Positions 19,801 to 28,857 of a stretch of DNA of 64,000 nt are shown in pieces. Under the pieces are notes generated by a model. The model was given only the letters and a program-made list of their open reading frames with translations. It was not told the origin of the DNA and did no database searches. The position numbers and the translations under genes were made by a program. How positions within the stretch are numbered: position 1 is the stretch's first letter; every line of letters begins with the position of its first letter. This DNA is from Eubacteriales bacterium. GTDB taxonomy: Bacteria > Bacillota > Clostridia > Oscillospirales > CAG-382. Where the stretch lies: assembly GCA_045531135.1 (NCBI GenBank), contig JAZSDL010000024.1, forward strand, positions 730 through 64,729, given 5' to 3'.

Positions 19801-20050
19801 CCGTACTCATATTCTCAAAAAGATCGGCGACGGAAGCGATGAAATTCCCGATGCTATCCGTCAGGGACATATCGCATACGTTATCAACACCCGCGATATC
19901 AATTCTCCCGATCAGGTCAGTGACGGCTATGAGATCCGCCGTTGCGCTACCGAAAATAGCGTAACTCTCTTTACTGCGCTCGATACGGTTCGCGTTCTCC
20001 TTGATGTTTTGGAGGAGACCACGCTTACCATTTCGACAATAGATTCGTAA
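16877..20050 (+). CDS. carB: Carbamoyl-phosphate synthase large subunit
   Basis: 1057 aa from [33 protein letters not shown]. Duplicated ATP-grasp halves and an MGS-like C-terminus. AGGAGG SD. Overlaps the pyrC end by 17 nt. Confidence 0.95.
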   Translation: [1057 protein letters not shown]

Positions 20051-20066
20051 TAAAAAGGCGGAAAAT

Positions 20067-20795
20067 ATGAAGCAATCAATGTTTCAGATAACCGAAAACG
20101 TAAAGCTTACCGATAACGTAATGCGTATGCGCCTTAAGGGCGACACAAGCGAGATTGCCAGATCGGGACAGTTTGTAAATATCAAGCTCGACGGACTTTT
20201 TCTCCGCCGTCCCATTTCGGTCTGCGACTGCGATGGCGACGAGCTGACTATTATCTATAAAATAGTCGGCAGGGGCACTGCGCTTATGGCTGAAATGTCC
20301 TCGGGTGAGCTGGATGTTCTCACCGGCTTGGGCAACGGCTACAACACGTCGCTTTCGGGCGATAAGCCGCTGCTTATCGGTGGCGGTGTCGGCGTTCCTC
20401 CTATGTATTTGCTGGCCAAAAAGCTTGTCGCAGAGGACAAAAAGGTCTCTGTGATACTCGGCTTCAACACCGCAAGTGAGGTATTTTACGAGGAAGAATT
20501 CAAAAAGCTCGGCTGTGATGTTTTTGTAACAACGGTTGACGGCAGCTACGGCACAAAGGGCTTTGTCACCGCGGTCATGGATAGTGTGGATTATACCTAT
20601 ACCTTCTGTTGCGGTCCGGAGCCGATGCTTAAGGCGGTTCACTCTGCCTCCGAAACCTCGGGCCAATATAGCTTCGAGGAACGTATGGGATGCGGCTTCG
20701 GTGCTTGTATGGGATGCTCCTGCAAGACGGTTACCGGATATAAGCGCATCTGCAAGGAGGGCCCCGTGCTTGAAAAGGAGGAGATCTTATGGTAA
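20067..20795 (+). CDS. pyrK: Dihydroorotate dehydrogenase electron-transfer subunit
   Basis: FNR-like fold with the C-terminal [2Fe-2S] motif CGFGACMGCSC..C. Confidence 0.9.
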   Translation: MKQSMFQITENVKLTDNVMRMRLKGDTSEIARSGQFVNIKLDGLFLRRPISVCDCDGDELTIIYKIVGRGTALMAEMSSGELDVLTGLGNGYNTSLSGDKPLLIGGGVGVPPMYLLAKKLVAEDKKVSVILGFNTASEVFYEEEFKKLGCDVFVTTVDGSYGTKGFVTAVMDSVDYTYTFCCGPEPMLKAVHSASETSGQYSFEERMGCGFGACMGCSCKTVTGYKRICKEGPVLEKEEILW

Positions 20796-21706
20796 ATACA
20801 AAAGTTGATCTCTGCGGAATTACTCTTGACAATCCGATCATCCCCGCAAGCGGAACCTTTGGCTACGGCTATGAATTTGCCGAGCTTTACGATATAAATA
20901 TGCTCGGTACGTTTTCGTTCAAGGGCACTACAAGGGATGCCCGCTTCGGTAACCCCACACCGCGAATCGCCGAGTGCGAATCGGGTATGATAAACGCAGT
21001 AGGACTTCAAAATCCCGGCGTTGAAAAGGTTATATCCGAGGAATTACCTAAATTAAGTAAATGCTTTGATAAAAAGGTTATGGCAAACGTCAGCGGCTTT
21101 TCGATTGAGGATTATGCCTATACCTGTGAAAAATTGGATGCCTGTGAGCAGGTCGGCTGGCTGGAGGTAAATGTCAGCTGTCCCAACGTTCACGGCGGCG
21201 GTATGAGCTTCGGTACCGATCCCGAGGCGGCGGCAGAGGTCACCCGTGCCGTCAAATCGGTTACAAAAAAGCCGGTCATCGTCAAGCTTTCGCCCAACGT
21301 CACAGATATCGTTGCTATCGCAAAGGCGTGCGAGAAAGCGGGAGCCGACGGTATCAGCTTAATAAACACTATGCTCGGTATGCGTATTGATCTCCGTACA
21401 AAAAAGCCGATAATCGCCAATAAAATGGGCGGCTTTTCGGGCAAGGCGATCTTTCCCGTCGCATTAAGGATGGTCTATCAGGTCTCAAGCGCCGTCAGCG
21501 TTCCGGTTGTCGGAATGGGCGGTGTCAGCTGTGCCGAGGATGTTATCGAGATGATGCTTGCGGGTGCGACCGCGGTTGAGGTTGGCGCACAAAATCTTGT
21601 CGATCCCTATGCGTGCAAGACGATCGTAGAGCAACTGCCTGCTGTTATGGAAAAATACAGAATCGAAAATTTAAAAGATATAATAGGAGTGTCACACAAT
21701 GGGTAA
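20789..21706 (+). CDS. pyrD: Dihydroorotate dehydrogenase B, catalytic subunit
   Basis: [17 protein letters not shown] and GGVSCAEDV blocks. Overlaps pyrK. Confidence 0.95.
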   Translation: MVNTKVDLCGITLDNPIIPASGTFGYGYEFAELYDINMLGTFSFKGTTRDARFGNPTPRIAECESGMINAVGLQNPGVEKVISEELPKLSKCFDKKVMANVSGFSIEDYAYTCEKLDACEQVGWLEVNVSCPNVHGGGMSFGTDPEAAAEVTRAVKSVTKKPVIVKLSPNVTDIVAIAKACEKAGADGISLINTMLGMRIDLRTKKPIIANKMGGFSGKAIFPVALRMVYQVSSAVSVPVVGMGGVSCAEDVIEMMLAGATAVEVGAQNLVDPYACKTIVEQLPAVMEKYRIENLKDIIGVSHNG

Positions 21707-22397
21707 GGATGTAATTATTGCTTGCGATTTTTCGAGCGCAGAGCAAACTTTTGCGTTTCTTGACAGATTCACCGGCAAAAAGCCGTTTGTCAAGATCGGT
21801 ATGGAGCTTTATTATGCCGAGGGTCCCTCGATAGTACGCGAGCTCAAGGCGAGAGGACATAAGATATTTCTCGATCTCAAGCTTCACGATATCCGCAATA
21901 CCGTAAAGAAATCCATGGCGGTTCTTTCCCGCTTAGACGTTGATATGTGCAACCTCCACGCAGGCGGTACTATTCGTATGATGGAGGCGGCGCTCGAGGG
22001 CTTGACTCGCCCCGACGGAAGCCGTCCTATGCTTATCGCCGTAACTCAGCTTACCTCTACCGATCAGGAGAGCATGGAAAAGGATCTTCTTATCAATGCG
22101 CCTATCGATGAGGTCGTTATGCACTATGCCGAAAATGCCAAGAAAGCGGGTCTTGACGGCGTTGTTTGCTCGCCGCTCGAGGCAGGCAAGGTTCACGACC
22201 GTTGCGGCAGCGATTTTGTTACCGTAACCCCCGGTGTTCGCTTTGCGGACGGCGATATCGGTGACCAAAAGCGTGTTATGACACCCGCCGAGGCAAACCG
22301 TATCGGCTCCGACTATATTGTTGTCGGCAGACCTATTACTGCGGCAGAGGATCCTGTTGCCGCTTATGAGCGTTGTGTAAAAGAATTTATCGGTTGA
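21699..22397 (+). CDS. pyrF: Orotidine-5'-phosphate decarboxylase
   Basis: DLKLHDI and IVVGRPIT motifs. Confidence 0.95.
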   Translation: MGKDVIIACDFSSAEQTFAFLDRFTGKKPFVKIGMELYYAEGPSIVRELKARGHKIFLDLKLHDIRNTVKKSMAVLSRLDVDMCNLHAGGTIRMMEAALEGLTRPDGSRPMLIAVTQLTSTDQESMEKDLLINAPIDEVVMHYAENAKKAGLDGVVCSPLEAGKVHDRCGSDFVTVTPGVRFADGDIGDQKRVMTPAEANRIGSDYIVVGRPITAAEDPVAAYERCVKEFIG

Positions 22398-22409
22398 CCG
22401 GAGGAAATT

Positions 22410-23066
22410 ATGGAAGGTTATAAGAGAGAATTTATTAAGTTTCTTCAATCCGCGGGCGTGTTAAAGTTCGGTGATTTTACCGCAAAAAGCGGCAGAAAGA
22501 TCCCTTATTTTATCAATGCGGGCGAAATAAAGACAGGCGAGCAGATCTCCAAATTGGGCGAGTTTTATGCAAAAGCATATTCCGAAAATATAGGCGATAA
22601 GAAAACCGTTCTCTACGGACCTGCATATAAGGGTATTTCCATTGCGGTTTCCGCGGCCGTCGCACTCGCAAAGAACGGTCTTGACGTGCCCTTCTTCTTC
22701 AACAGAAAAGAGATCAAGGATCACGGCGAGGGCGGAGTTTTCGTCGGCTACGTTCCCAAGGAGGGTGAGGAAGTGGTTATCGTCGAGGACGTTATTACTG
22801 CCGGCACCGCCATCCGCGAGAGTATGGCAATCCTTGGCAATCTTAAGGGTGTAAAGGTTGCCGCTACGTTTGTTATGGTTGACCGCAAGGAAAAGGGGCG
22901 GACCGAAAAGTCTGCAATGGCAGAGGTAGGCGAGGAGTTTGGATTCCCCGTATACTCTGTTGTTGATGTTTATGATATTATCGAGTATCTCGAAGAAGAC
23001 GAAGCGAATAAAGAAAACGTAGAACGTATAAAGAACTATCTTGCAATCAACGGAGCAAAAATATGA
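22410..23066 (+). CDS. pyrE: Orotate phosphoribosyltransferase
   Basis: PRPP loop [13 protein letters not shown]. Confidence 0.9.
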   Translation: MEGYKREFIKFLQSAGVLKFGDFTAKSGRKIPYFINAGEIKTGEQISKLGEFYAKAYSENIGDKKTVLYGPAYKGISIAVSAAVALAKNGLDVPFFFNRKEIKDHGEGGVFVGYVPKEGEEVVIVEDVITAGTAIRESMAILGNLKGVKVAATFVMVDRKEKGRTEKSAMAEVGEEFGFPVYSVVDVYDIIEYLEEDEANKENVERIKNYLAINGAKI

Positions 23067-24133
23067 GAAGTTTAATAGATATCCTCGATTTTTCGGTCGA
23101 AGAGATCAACGAACTTATAAATACCGCGTGCGATATGATCGATAACCCCGAAAAATATTCCGAGTGTTGTAAGGGTAAAAAGCTCGCAACCCTGTTTTTC
23201 GAGCCGTCTACCCGTACCCGCTTGAGCTTCGAGGCGGCTATGCTCGAGCTGGGCGGAAGCGTGATCGGCTTTTCGGATGCCAAGAATACGTCTGCATCCA
23301 AGGGCGAAACGGTTGCCGATACCGCGCGTGTTATCAGCTGCTATGCGGATATTATTGCTATGCGACACTATCTTGAGGGTGCACCCAAGGTCGCATCGCT
23401 CAATGCGAGCATCCCTGTGATCAACGCAGGTGACGGCGGTCACGCACATCCCACACAGACACTCGCCGATCTTTTGACTATCCACCGCGAAAAAGGCAGA
23501 TTCAACGATCTTACCGTCGGATTTTGCGGCGATTTAAAGTATGGCAGACCTGTTCATTCGCTTATTCACGCGCTCTCGAGATATGAGGGAATAAAGCTCG
23601 TTTTAATCTCCCCCAAGGAGCTTGCCATCCCCGATTATATCAAGAGAGAGGTTATCGAGAAATACGGTATTCCTTGCATAGATACCGATTCGCTTGAGAA
23701 TGCACTTCCCGAGCTTGATATATTGTATATGACACGTGTTCAGGGCGAGAGATTTGACGATCAGGCCGAGTATGAGCGCCTTAAGAACAGCTATATTCTC
23801 AATGCTGAAAAACTAAAGGGCGCAAGATCGGATATGGCTATACTTCATCCGTTGCCCCGTGTCGATGAGATCAACGTGGATGTCGATTCGGATCCGAGAG
23901 CATGCTATTTCAAGCAGGTCTTCAACGGCAAAAATATGCGCAAGGCACTTATCCTCAAATTACTTACCGAGGCAAAAAACACGTCCTCGGATAAAGGCGA
24001 TGCTTCGGTAGCTTCCAAGCAGTGCGGTAACGCTCGCTGTATTTCCAACTCCGAACGGGGATTGGTCGGAAAGGCCAATAAAACCGAGGACGGATACCGT
24101 TGTGCATATTGCGAAGCAAGTATTGAAATTTAA
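23063..24133 (+). CDS. pyrB: Aspartate carbamoyltransferase catalytic chain with a C-terminal PyrI-type zinc-domain extension
   Basis: STRTR, HPTQ and HPLPR motifs. About 50 extra residues ending [11 protein letters not shown]...YRCAYCE resemble the PyrI CxxxxC..CxxC zinc domain. Confidence 0.9.
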   Translation: MRSLIDILDFSVEEINELINTACDMIDNPEKYSECCKGKKLATLFFEPSTRTRLSFEAAMLELGGSVIGFSDAKNTSASKGETVADTARVISCYADIIAMRHYLEGAPKVASLNASIPVINAGDGGHAHPTQTLADLLTIHREKGRFNDLTVGFCGDLKYGRPVHSLIHALSRYEGIKLVLISPKELAIPDYIKREVIEKYGIPCIDTDSLENALPELDILYMTRVQGERFDDQAEYERLKNSYILNAEKLKGARSDMAILHPLPRVDEINVDVDSDPRACYFKQVFNGKNMRKALILKLLTEAKNTSSDKGDASVASKQCGNARCISNSERGLVGKANKTEDGYRCAYCEASIEI

Positions 24134-24177
24134 ACGATTTTTTGGCTTAAAAATCGCATAAAATGTCTTTTCGTATC

Positions 24178-24206
24178 TTGACACGAAAATGGCGGTGTGA
24201 TATAAT
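24178..24206 (+). promoter_or_regulatory. Consensus sigma-A promoter of the pur operon
   Basis: TTGACA (24178-24183), 17 nt, TATAAT (24201-24206). Confidence 0.65.
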
Positions 24207-24225
24207 AATCCGCGTAAGTTAATGT

Positions 24226-24354
24226 GTTCTTTGCGACTGACGGATTATTGTGGAGCACCACAAAGGAACAAAGAACTTTTCGTGTTTTTATACACACGGA
24301 TTCATAAAAAGCATATCGCTTTTTGTGATTAAAAATTGCCGACCGTCTGGGCGC
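24226..24354 (+). promoter_or_regulatory. ZTP (ZMP/ZTP, pfl motif) riboswitch aptamer
   Basis: P1 gttctttg/caaagaac encloses cgACTGACGGAttattGTGGagcaCCACaaaGGAA. The distal 3' element GCCGACCGTCTGGGCG (24338-24353) has GACGG/CCGTC where the consensus has GGCG/CGCC, a compensated pseudoknot change. Confidence 0.8.
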
Positions 24355-24392
24355 ATTTACTCCTTAAAGTAAGTGCGCCCTTATATTTTTTT
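24349..24392 (+). terminator. Riboswitch expression-platform terminator
   Basis: gggcgcatttact (24349-24361) pairs with agtaagtgcgccc (24368-24380), followed by ttatattttttt. The 5' arm overlaps the ZTP pseudoknot strand. Confidence 0.8.
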
Positions 24393-24406
24393 AGGAGTAT
24401 TGTGTT

Positions 24407-24895
24407 ATGAAAAAAGTCGGAATAGTAATGGGCAGCGACAGCGATCTTCCCATCATTAAAAAAGCAACCGATATGTTAAACGCGCTTGAGATTCCGTATG
24501 AGGTACACGTGTATTCTGCGCACCGCACGCCCGAGCAGGCGCGTGAGTTTTCGGTCAACGCGAGAAACAACGGCTTCGGCGTTATTATCGCCGCAGCTGG
24601 TATGGCGGCGCACTTGGCGGGCGCGGTTGCCGCAAACACCACCTTGCCGGTTATCGGCATCCCCTGTAAAGGACCTGTTTTCGACGGTATGGATGCTCTT
24701 TTGGCAACGGTTCAGATGCCTACCGGTATTCCCGTTGCAACGGTTGCGGTCAACGGCGGTGCAAACGCGGCGCTTCTTGCGGCACAGATACTTGCCGTTG
24801 AGGATAAAGAGCTTGCGTACCGACTTGATGCAAAGCGCGCAAGCGATGCAAAAGCGGTTCTTGAAAAAGATGCCGACATTATGTCTAAACTCTGA
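24407..24895 (+). CDS. purE: N5-carboxyaminoimidazole ribonucleotide mutase (class I-like PurE)
   Basis: [12 protein letters not shown] and [25 protein letters not shown]. Confidence 0.9.
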   Translation: MKKVGIVMGSDSDLPIIKKATDMLNALEIPYEVHVYSAHRTPEQAREFSVNARNNGFGVIIAAAGMAAHLAGAVAANTTLPVIGIPCKGPVFDGMDALLATVQMPTGIPVATVAVNGGANAALLAAQILAVEDKELAYRLDAKRASDAKAVLEKDADIMSKL

Positions 24896-24926
24896 TAAAA
24901 TTTATTTACATACAGGAGATAAAAAA

Positions 24927-25607
24927 ATGAAACTTGTTTACACCGGAAAAACCAAAGACGTATTTGCTCTCGACAACGGTAACTACCTTTTAAAATTCAA
25001 GGATGATTGCACCGGCAAGGACGGTGTGTTCGATCCCGGCGAAAATTCTGTCGGCCTCACCATCGAAGGCGTCGGCGATGTTAATCTCCGTATGTCGATC
25101 TATTTCTTCGAGAAGGTAAATGCCGCAGGCATTAAGACCCACTATATCAGCGCGGATCTCGCAAACACCACTATGGAGGTCCTTCCCGCAAAGGCATTCG
25201 GTAAGGGACTTGAGGTTATCTGTCGTCATAAGGCAGTAGGCAGCTTCTATCGCCGTTACAGCGATTATATCGAGGAGGGCGCGGATCTTCCCGCATACGT
25301 TGAGACTACCTTCAAGAACGATGCAAAGGGCGATCCCCTTGTAACCAAGGACGGTCTTGTTGATCTCGGCGTTATGACTGCTCAGCAGTATGACGATATT
25401 AAGATTATGACACAGAAGATCACTCAGATAGTTGCCGACGATCTTTTGGAAAAGGGACTTGTTCTTTACGATATCAAGTTTGAGTTCGGCTACGATAAAG
25501 ACGGCAGCGTTATGCTTATCGATGAGATCGCTTCGGGTAATATGCGCGTTTATAAGAACGGCGAATATATCGATCCGATGACTCTCTCCGAGCTTTTCTT
25601 CGCATAA
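24927..25607 (+). CDS. purC: SAICAR synthetase
   Basis: [13 protein letters not shown] start after AGGAG. The listed ORF start 24486 is an out-of-frame read-through of purE. Confidence 0.9.
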   Translation: MKLVYTGKTKDVFALDNGNYLLKFKDDCTGKDGVFDPGENSVGLTIEGVGDVNLRMSIYFFEKVNAAGIKTHYISADLANTTMEVLPAKAFGKGLEVICRHKAVGSFYRRYSDYIEEGADLPAYVETTFKNDAKGDPLVTKDGLVDLGVMTAQQYDDIKIMTQKITQIVADDLLEKGLVLYDIKFEFGYDKDGSVMLIDEIASGNMRVYKNGEYIDPMTLSELFFA

Positions 25608-25662
25608 ACCAAAATAACAGGTTTTATAAACGCCTTGATTTTATAGAAAGTAAGGGTTGTCC

Positions 25663-27087
25663 ATGGGCGGATTCTTTGGCGTTGCATCAAAACGCGACGC
25701 TCTTGCCGACGTGTTTTTCGGAACCGACTATCACTCGCATTTAGGCACTCGCCGTGGCGGTGTGGCGGCTTACGATAAAGAGATCGGCTTGCAGCGTGTA
25801 ATACATAATATCGAAAATTCACCTTTCAGAACCAAGTTTGATCATATTCTCGAGGATATGCAGGGCACATCGGCTATCGGATGTATCACAAACGCCGAGC
25901 CCCAGCCGTTGCTTATCAGATCGCATCTCGGCGCGTATGCCATTTGCTTTATCGGTATGATAAACAATTCCGAATCGCTTATCGAGCAGTGTCTTTCCTC
26001 GGGGTGCGATCACTTTGATGCTATGACTGGCGGTACGGTCAACAGCACCGAGCTTGTTGCCGCGCTTATCAATCGCAAGAGCGATTTTGTCAAGGGCATC
26101 AAATATGCGCAGGAGGTTATCGACGGCTCTGCATCGATACTTATCCTACGTGATGACGGTTCTATAATCGTCGCGCGTGACAGATTGGGCAGAATCCCTG
26201 TCCATATCGGAAAAAGCGATGACGGTTACAGCGTGTCTTTTGAGTCTTTTGCGTATAAAAAGCTCGGATATTCCGATGATATCGAGTTGGGTCCGGGTGA
26301 GATCGTTGAGGTAACCTCGGATAAAGTCACTCGTTTGGCTCCTCCCGGTACGGAGCTGCGTATCTGCGCTTTCCTGTGGTCGTATTACGGATATTCCACC
26401 TCGGATTACGAGGGAATAAACGTAGAGATGATGCGTTACCGCAACGGCGAGATAATGGCAGAGAACGATATGGCAACCGGCTTGTATAACGATATCGATT
26501 ACGTTGGCGGTGTTCCCGATTCGGGCACGCCCCACGCGATAGGTTACGCTAATAAGAGCCGTGTCCCGTTTGCGAGACCTTTTATCAAATACACACCCAC
26601 TTGGCCGCGAAGCTTTATGTCTCAACGTCAGTCGGATCGCTGTAAGGTTGCAAAAATGAAGCAGATACCTATTCACGACCTTATCACCGATAAGAATCTT
26701 CTTTTTGTAGACGATTCTATTGTACGCGGCACGCAGTTGAAGGAAACTGTCGATTTCTTGTATGAGAACGGAGCAAAGGCGGTGCATATGCGCTCTGCCT
26801 GTCCTCCGATAATGTACGGATGTAAATATCTTAACTTCTCGCGCAACCGTGATGATATGGAGCTGCTCGGCAGACGTATTATTATGGAGCTCGAGGGCGA
26901 AGAAGGATTTAATTATATATCCGAATACACGGATGCAACTACCGAGAGGGGAAAGAGGTTCAGAAAGGCAATATGCGATAAGTTGGGCTTTGCTTCTCTT
27001 GAGTTTCAATCACTTGAAGGAATTATCAAGGCAATCGGCATGGACAGCTGTAAGCTCTGTACGTATTGCTGGAGCGGAAAGGAATAA
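25663..27087 (+). CDS. purF: Amidophosphoribosyltransferase homolog lacking the N-terminal Cys nucleophile
   Basis: MGGFFGV.. where canonical PurF has MCG(I/V)xG. In-frame stop at 25651 rules out a longer N-terminus. PRPP loop LLFVDDSIVRGTQ is intact. Confidence 0.85.
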   Translation: MGGFFGVASKRDALADVFFGTDYHSHLGTRRGGVAAYDKEIGLQRVIHNIENSPFRTKFDHILEDMQGTSAIGCITNAEPQPLLIRSHLGAYAICFIGMINNSESLIEQCLSSGCDHFDAMTGGTVNSTELVAALINRKSDFVKGIKYAQEVIDGSASILILRDDGSIIVARDRLGRIPVHIGKSDDGYSVSFESFAYKKLGYSDDIELGPGEIVEVTSDKVTRLAPPGTELRICAFLWSYYGYSTSDYEGINVEMMRYRNGEIMAENDMATGLYNDIDYVGGVPDSGTPHAIGYANKSRVPFARPFIKYTPTWPRSFMSQRQSDRCKVAKMKQIPIHDLITDKNLLFVDDSIVRGTQLKETVDFLYENGAKAVHMRSACPPIMYGCKYLNFSRNRDDMELLGRRIIMELEGEEGFNYISEYTDATTERGKRFRKAICDKLGFASLEFQSLEGIIKAIGMDSCKLCTYCWSGKE

Positions 27088-27093
27088 TTAATT

Positions 27094-28143
27094 ATGCATA
27101 ATCAATCCAGATCAGAGAGTTACGCGGCCGCAGGCGTTGATATCACTGCGGGCTACAAGGCGGTCGAGCTTATGAAAAAGCATATCGCCCGTACCAAAAA
27201 CGACGGATGCCTTGATGATGTCGGCGGTTTCGGCGGATGCTTCGGACTTAATATTGCGGGCATGGAGGAGCCGGTTCTTGTATCCGGAACCGACGGTGTC
27301 GGCACTAAATTAAAGCTTGCTATCCTTATGGATAAGCATGACACTATCGGCATCGACTGCGTTGCTATGTGTGTTAACGACGTTGTATGTGTCGGCGCAA
27401 AGCCCCTGTTCTTCCTTGATTATATCGCTTGCGGAAAGAACGTCCCCGAGAGGATCGCAGAGCTCGTTGCTGGTGTAGCGGAGGGCTGCGTACAGTCGGG
27501 TGCCGCACTTATCGGCGGCGAGACGGCGGAGCATCCCGGTATGATGCCTGTTGACGAGTATGACCTTGCGGGCTTTACCGTAGGCGTAGTAGACAAAAAG
27601 AAGATTATCGATAATAAGAGAATGGAAGCGGGCGATGTCGTTATCGCTTTGCCCTCTACCGGTATCCATTCCAACGGATTTTCGCTTTGCCGTAAGGTGT
27701 TCGATATCGATAATAACAACCCCGAGCTTTATAAGCCCAATGCCGATCTTGGCGGTAAGACTATTGCCGAAACGCTTTTGGTTCCCACCAAGATATATGT
27801 TAAGCCGGTTCTCGCTCTTATCGAGGCGGTTGACGTCAAGGGCATTTCCCATATCACAGGCGGCGGCTTCTATGAGAACATTCCGAGAAGCATCCCCGAC
27901 GGTCTGGGCGCAAAGATTGACAGAAGCGCGGTCAAGGTGCTCCCTATCTTTGATCTTATTGCTAAGACCGGCAATATAAGCGAACGCGATATGTTCAACA
28001 CCTTTAATATGGGTGTTGGTATGAGCATCGTTGTTCCCGAGTCGGATGTTGATAAGGCGATCGACGTTGTTAAAACAAACGGTATAGATGCTTATGTTAT
28101 AGGCAAAATTATCGAGTCCGAGGAAAAAATCACTATCTGTTAA
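27094..28143 (+). CDS. purM: AIR synthetase
   Basis: [20 protein letters not shown] and HSNGFSL blocks. Confidence 0.95.
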   Translation: MHNQSRSESYAAAGVDITAGYKAVELMKKHIARTKNDGCLDDVGGFGGCFGLNIAGMEEPVLVSGTDGVGTKLKLAILMDKHDTIGIDCVAMCVNDVVCVGAKPLFFLDYIACGKNVPERIAELVAGVAEGCVQSGAALIGGETAEHPGMMPVDEYDLAGFTVGVVDKKKIIDNKRMEAGDVVIALPSTGIHSNGFSLCRKVFDIDNNNPELYKPNADLGGKTIAETLLVPTKIYVKPVLALIEAVDVKGISHITGGGFYENIPRSIPDGLGAKIDRSAVKVLPIFDLIAKTGNISERDMFNTFNMGVGMSIVVPESDVDKAIDVVKTNGIDAYVIGKIIESEEKITIC

Positions 28144-28151
28144 TAACCAAT

Positions 28152-28199
28152 CAACAATGACATAGGCGGTTTAACCGTCTATGCCTATTGTTGTTTTTT
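28152..28199 (+). terminator. Terminator-like hairpin inside the pur operon (purM/purN junction)
   Basis: caacaat..cataggcgg tttaa ccgtctatg..attgttg stem (about 16 bp with one internal loop) followed by T6. Confidence 0.5.
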
Positions 28200-28214
28200 G
28201 AAAGGAACGCGAAA

Positions 28215-28856
28215 ATGACCAATAAAGTCACTAAAATAGCTGTTTTGGTTTCGGGCGGCGGCACCAATCTTCAGGCACTTATCGATTCCGAAAAACGCAA
28301 TGAATTGGGAAACGGCAAAATATCGCTCGTTATCGCTTCCAAGCCGGGTGTTTATGCACTCGAGAGGGCAGCGAATAACGGGATCGAATCTTTGGTGCTT
28401 CCCCGTAAGGAATATGAGACTATTGCCGATTATTCCGCGGCGCTAGTAGATGCCATGGTGTCGAAAAATATCGATCTTGTGGTGTTGGCGGGTTTTCTTA
28501 CCATCTTTGACGAGCAGGTCTATAATGCGTTCCCGAACAGGATCCTTAACGTACACCCCGCGCTAATCCCGTCCTTTTGCGGAAAGGGATATTACGGACT
28601 GCATGTTCACGAGGCGGCGCTCTCCAAGGGCGTTAAGGTTTCGGGTGCGACGGTTCATATCGTTACCCCCGAGTGCGATGCGGGACCAATCATATTGCAA
28701 AAGGCGGTCGAGGTCTTATCGGGCGACACTCCCGAAACGCTCCAAAAGCGTATAATGGAGCAAGCCGAATGGAAGATTCTTCCCGAAGCGGTAAGATTGT
28801 TCTGCGACGGCAGAATTGTTGTTGAAAATAATATTGCAAACATAAAAGGAGAATGA
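28215..28856 (+). CDS. purN: GAR formyltransferase
   Basis: IAVLVSGGGTNLQALID, NVHPALIP and SGATVH motifs. ATG 28215. Confidence 0.9.
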   Translation: MTNKVTKIAVLVSGGGTNLQALIDSEKRNELGNGKISLVIASKPGVYALERAANNGIESLVLPRKEYETIADYSAALVDAMVSKNIDLVVLAGFLTIFDEQVYNAFPNRILNVHPALIPSFCGKGYYGLHVHEAALSKGVKVSGATVHIVTPECDAGPIILQKAVEVLSGDTPETLQKRIMEQAEWKILPEAVRLFCDGRIVVENNIANIKGE

Positions 28857-28857
28857 A

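Noticed and set aside
24486-24926. Long N-terminal extension of the purC ORF (listed as 373 aa from 24486)
   Set aside because: The extension reads through purE in another frame and is Arg/Ser/Leu-rich nonsense. The true purC start is ATG 24927, preceded by AGGAG. Similar over-extensions were trimmed for 4701, 9937, 11974, 15571, 16847, 28188, 38659, 39068, 54713, 56163, 60476 and 61682.
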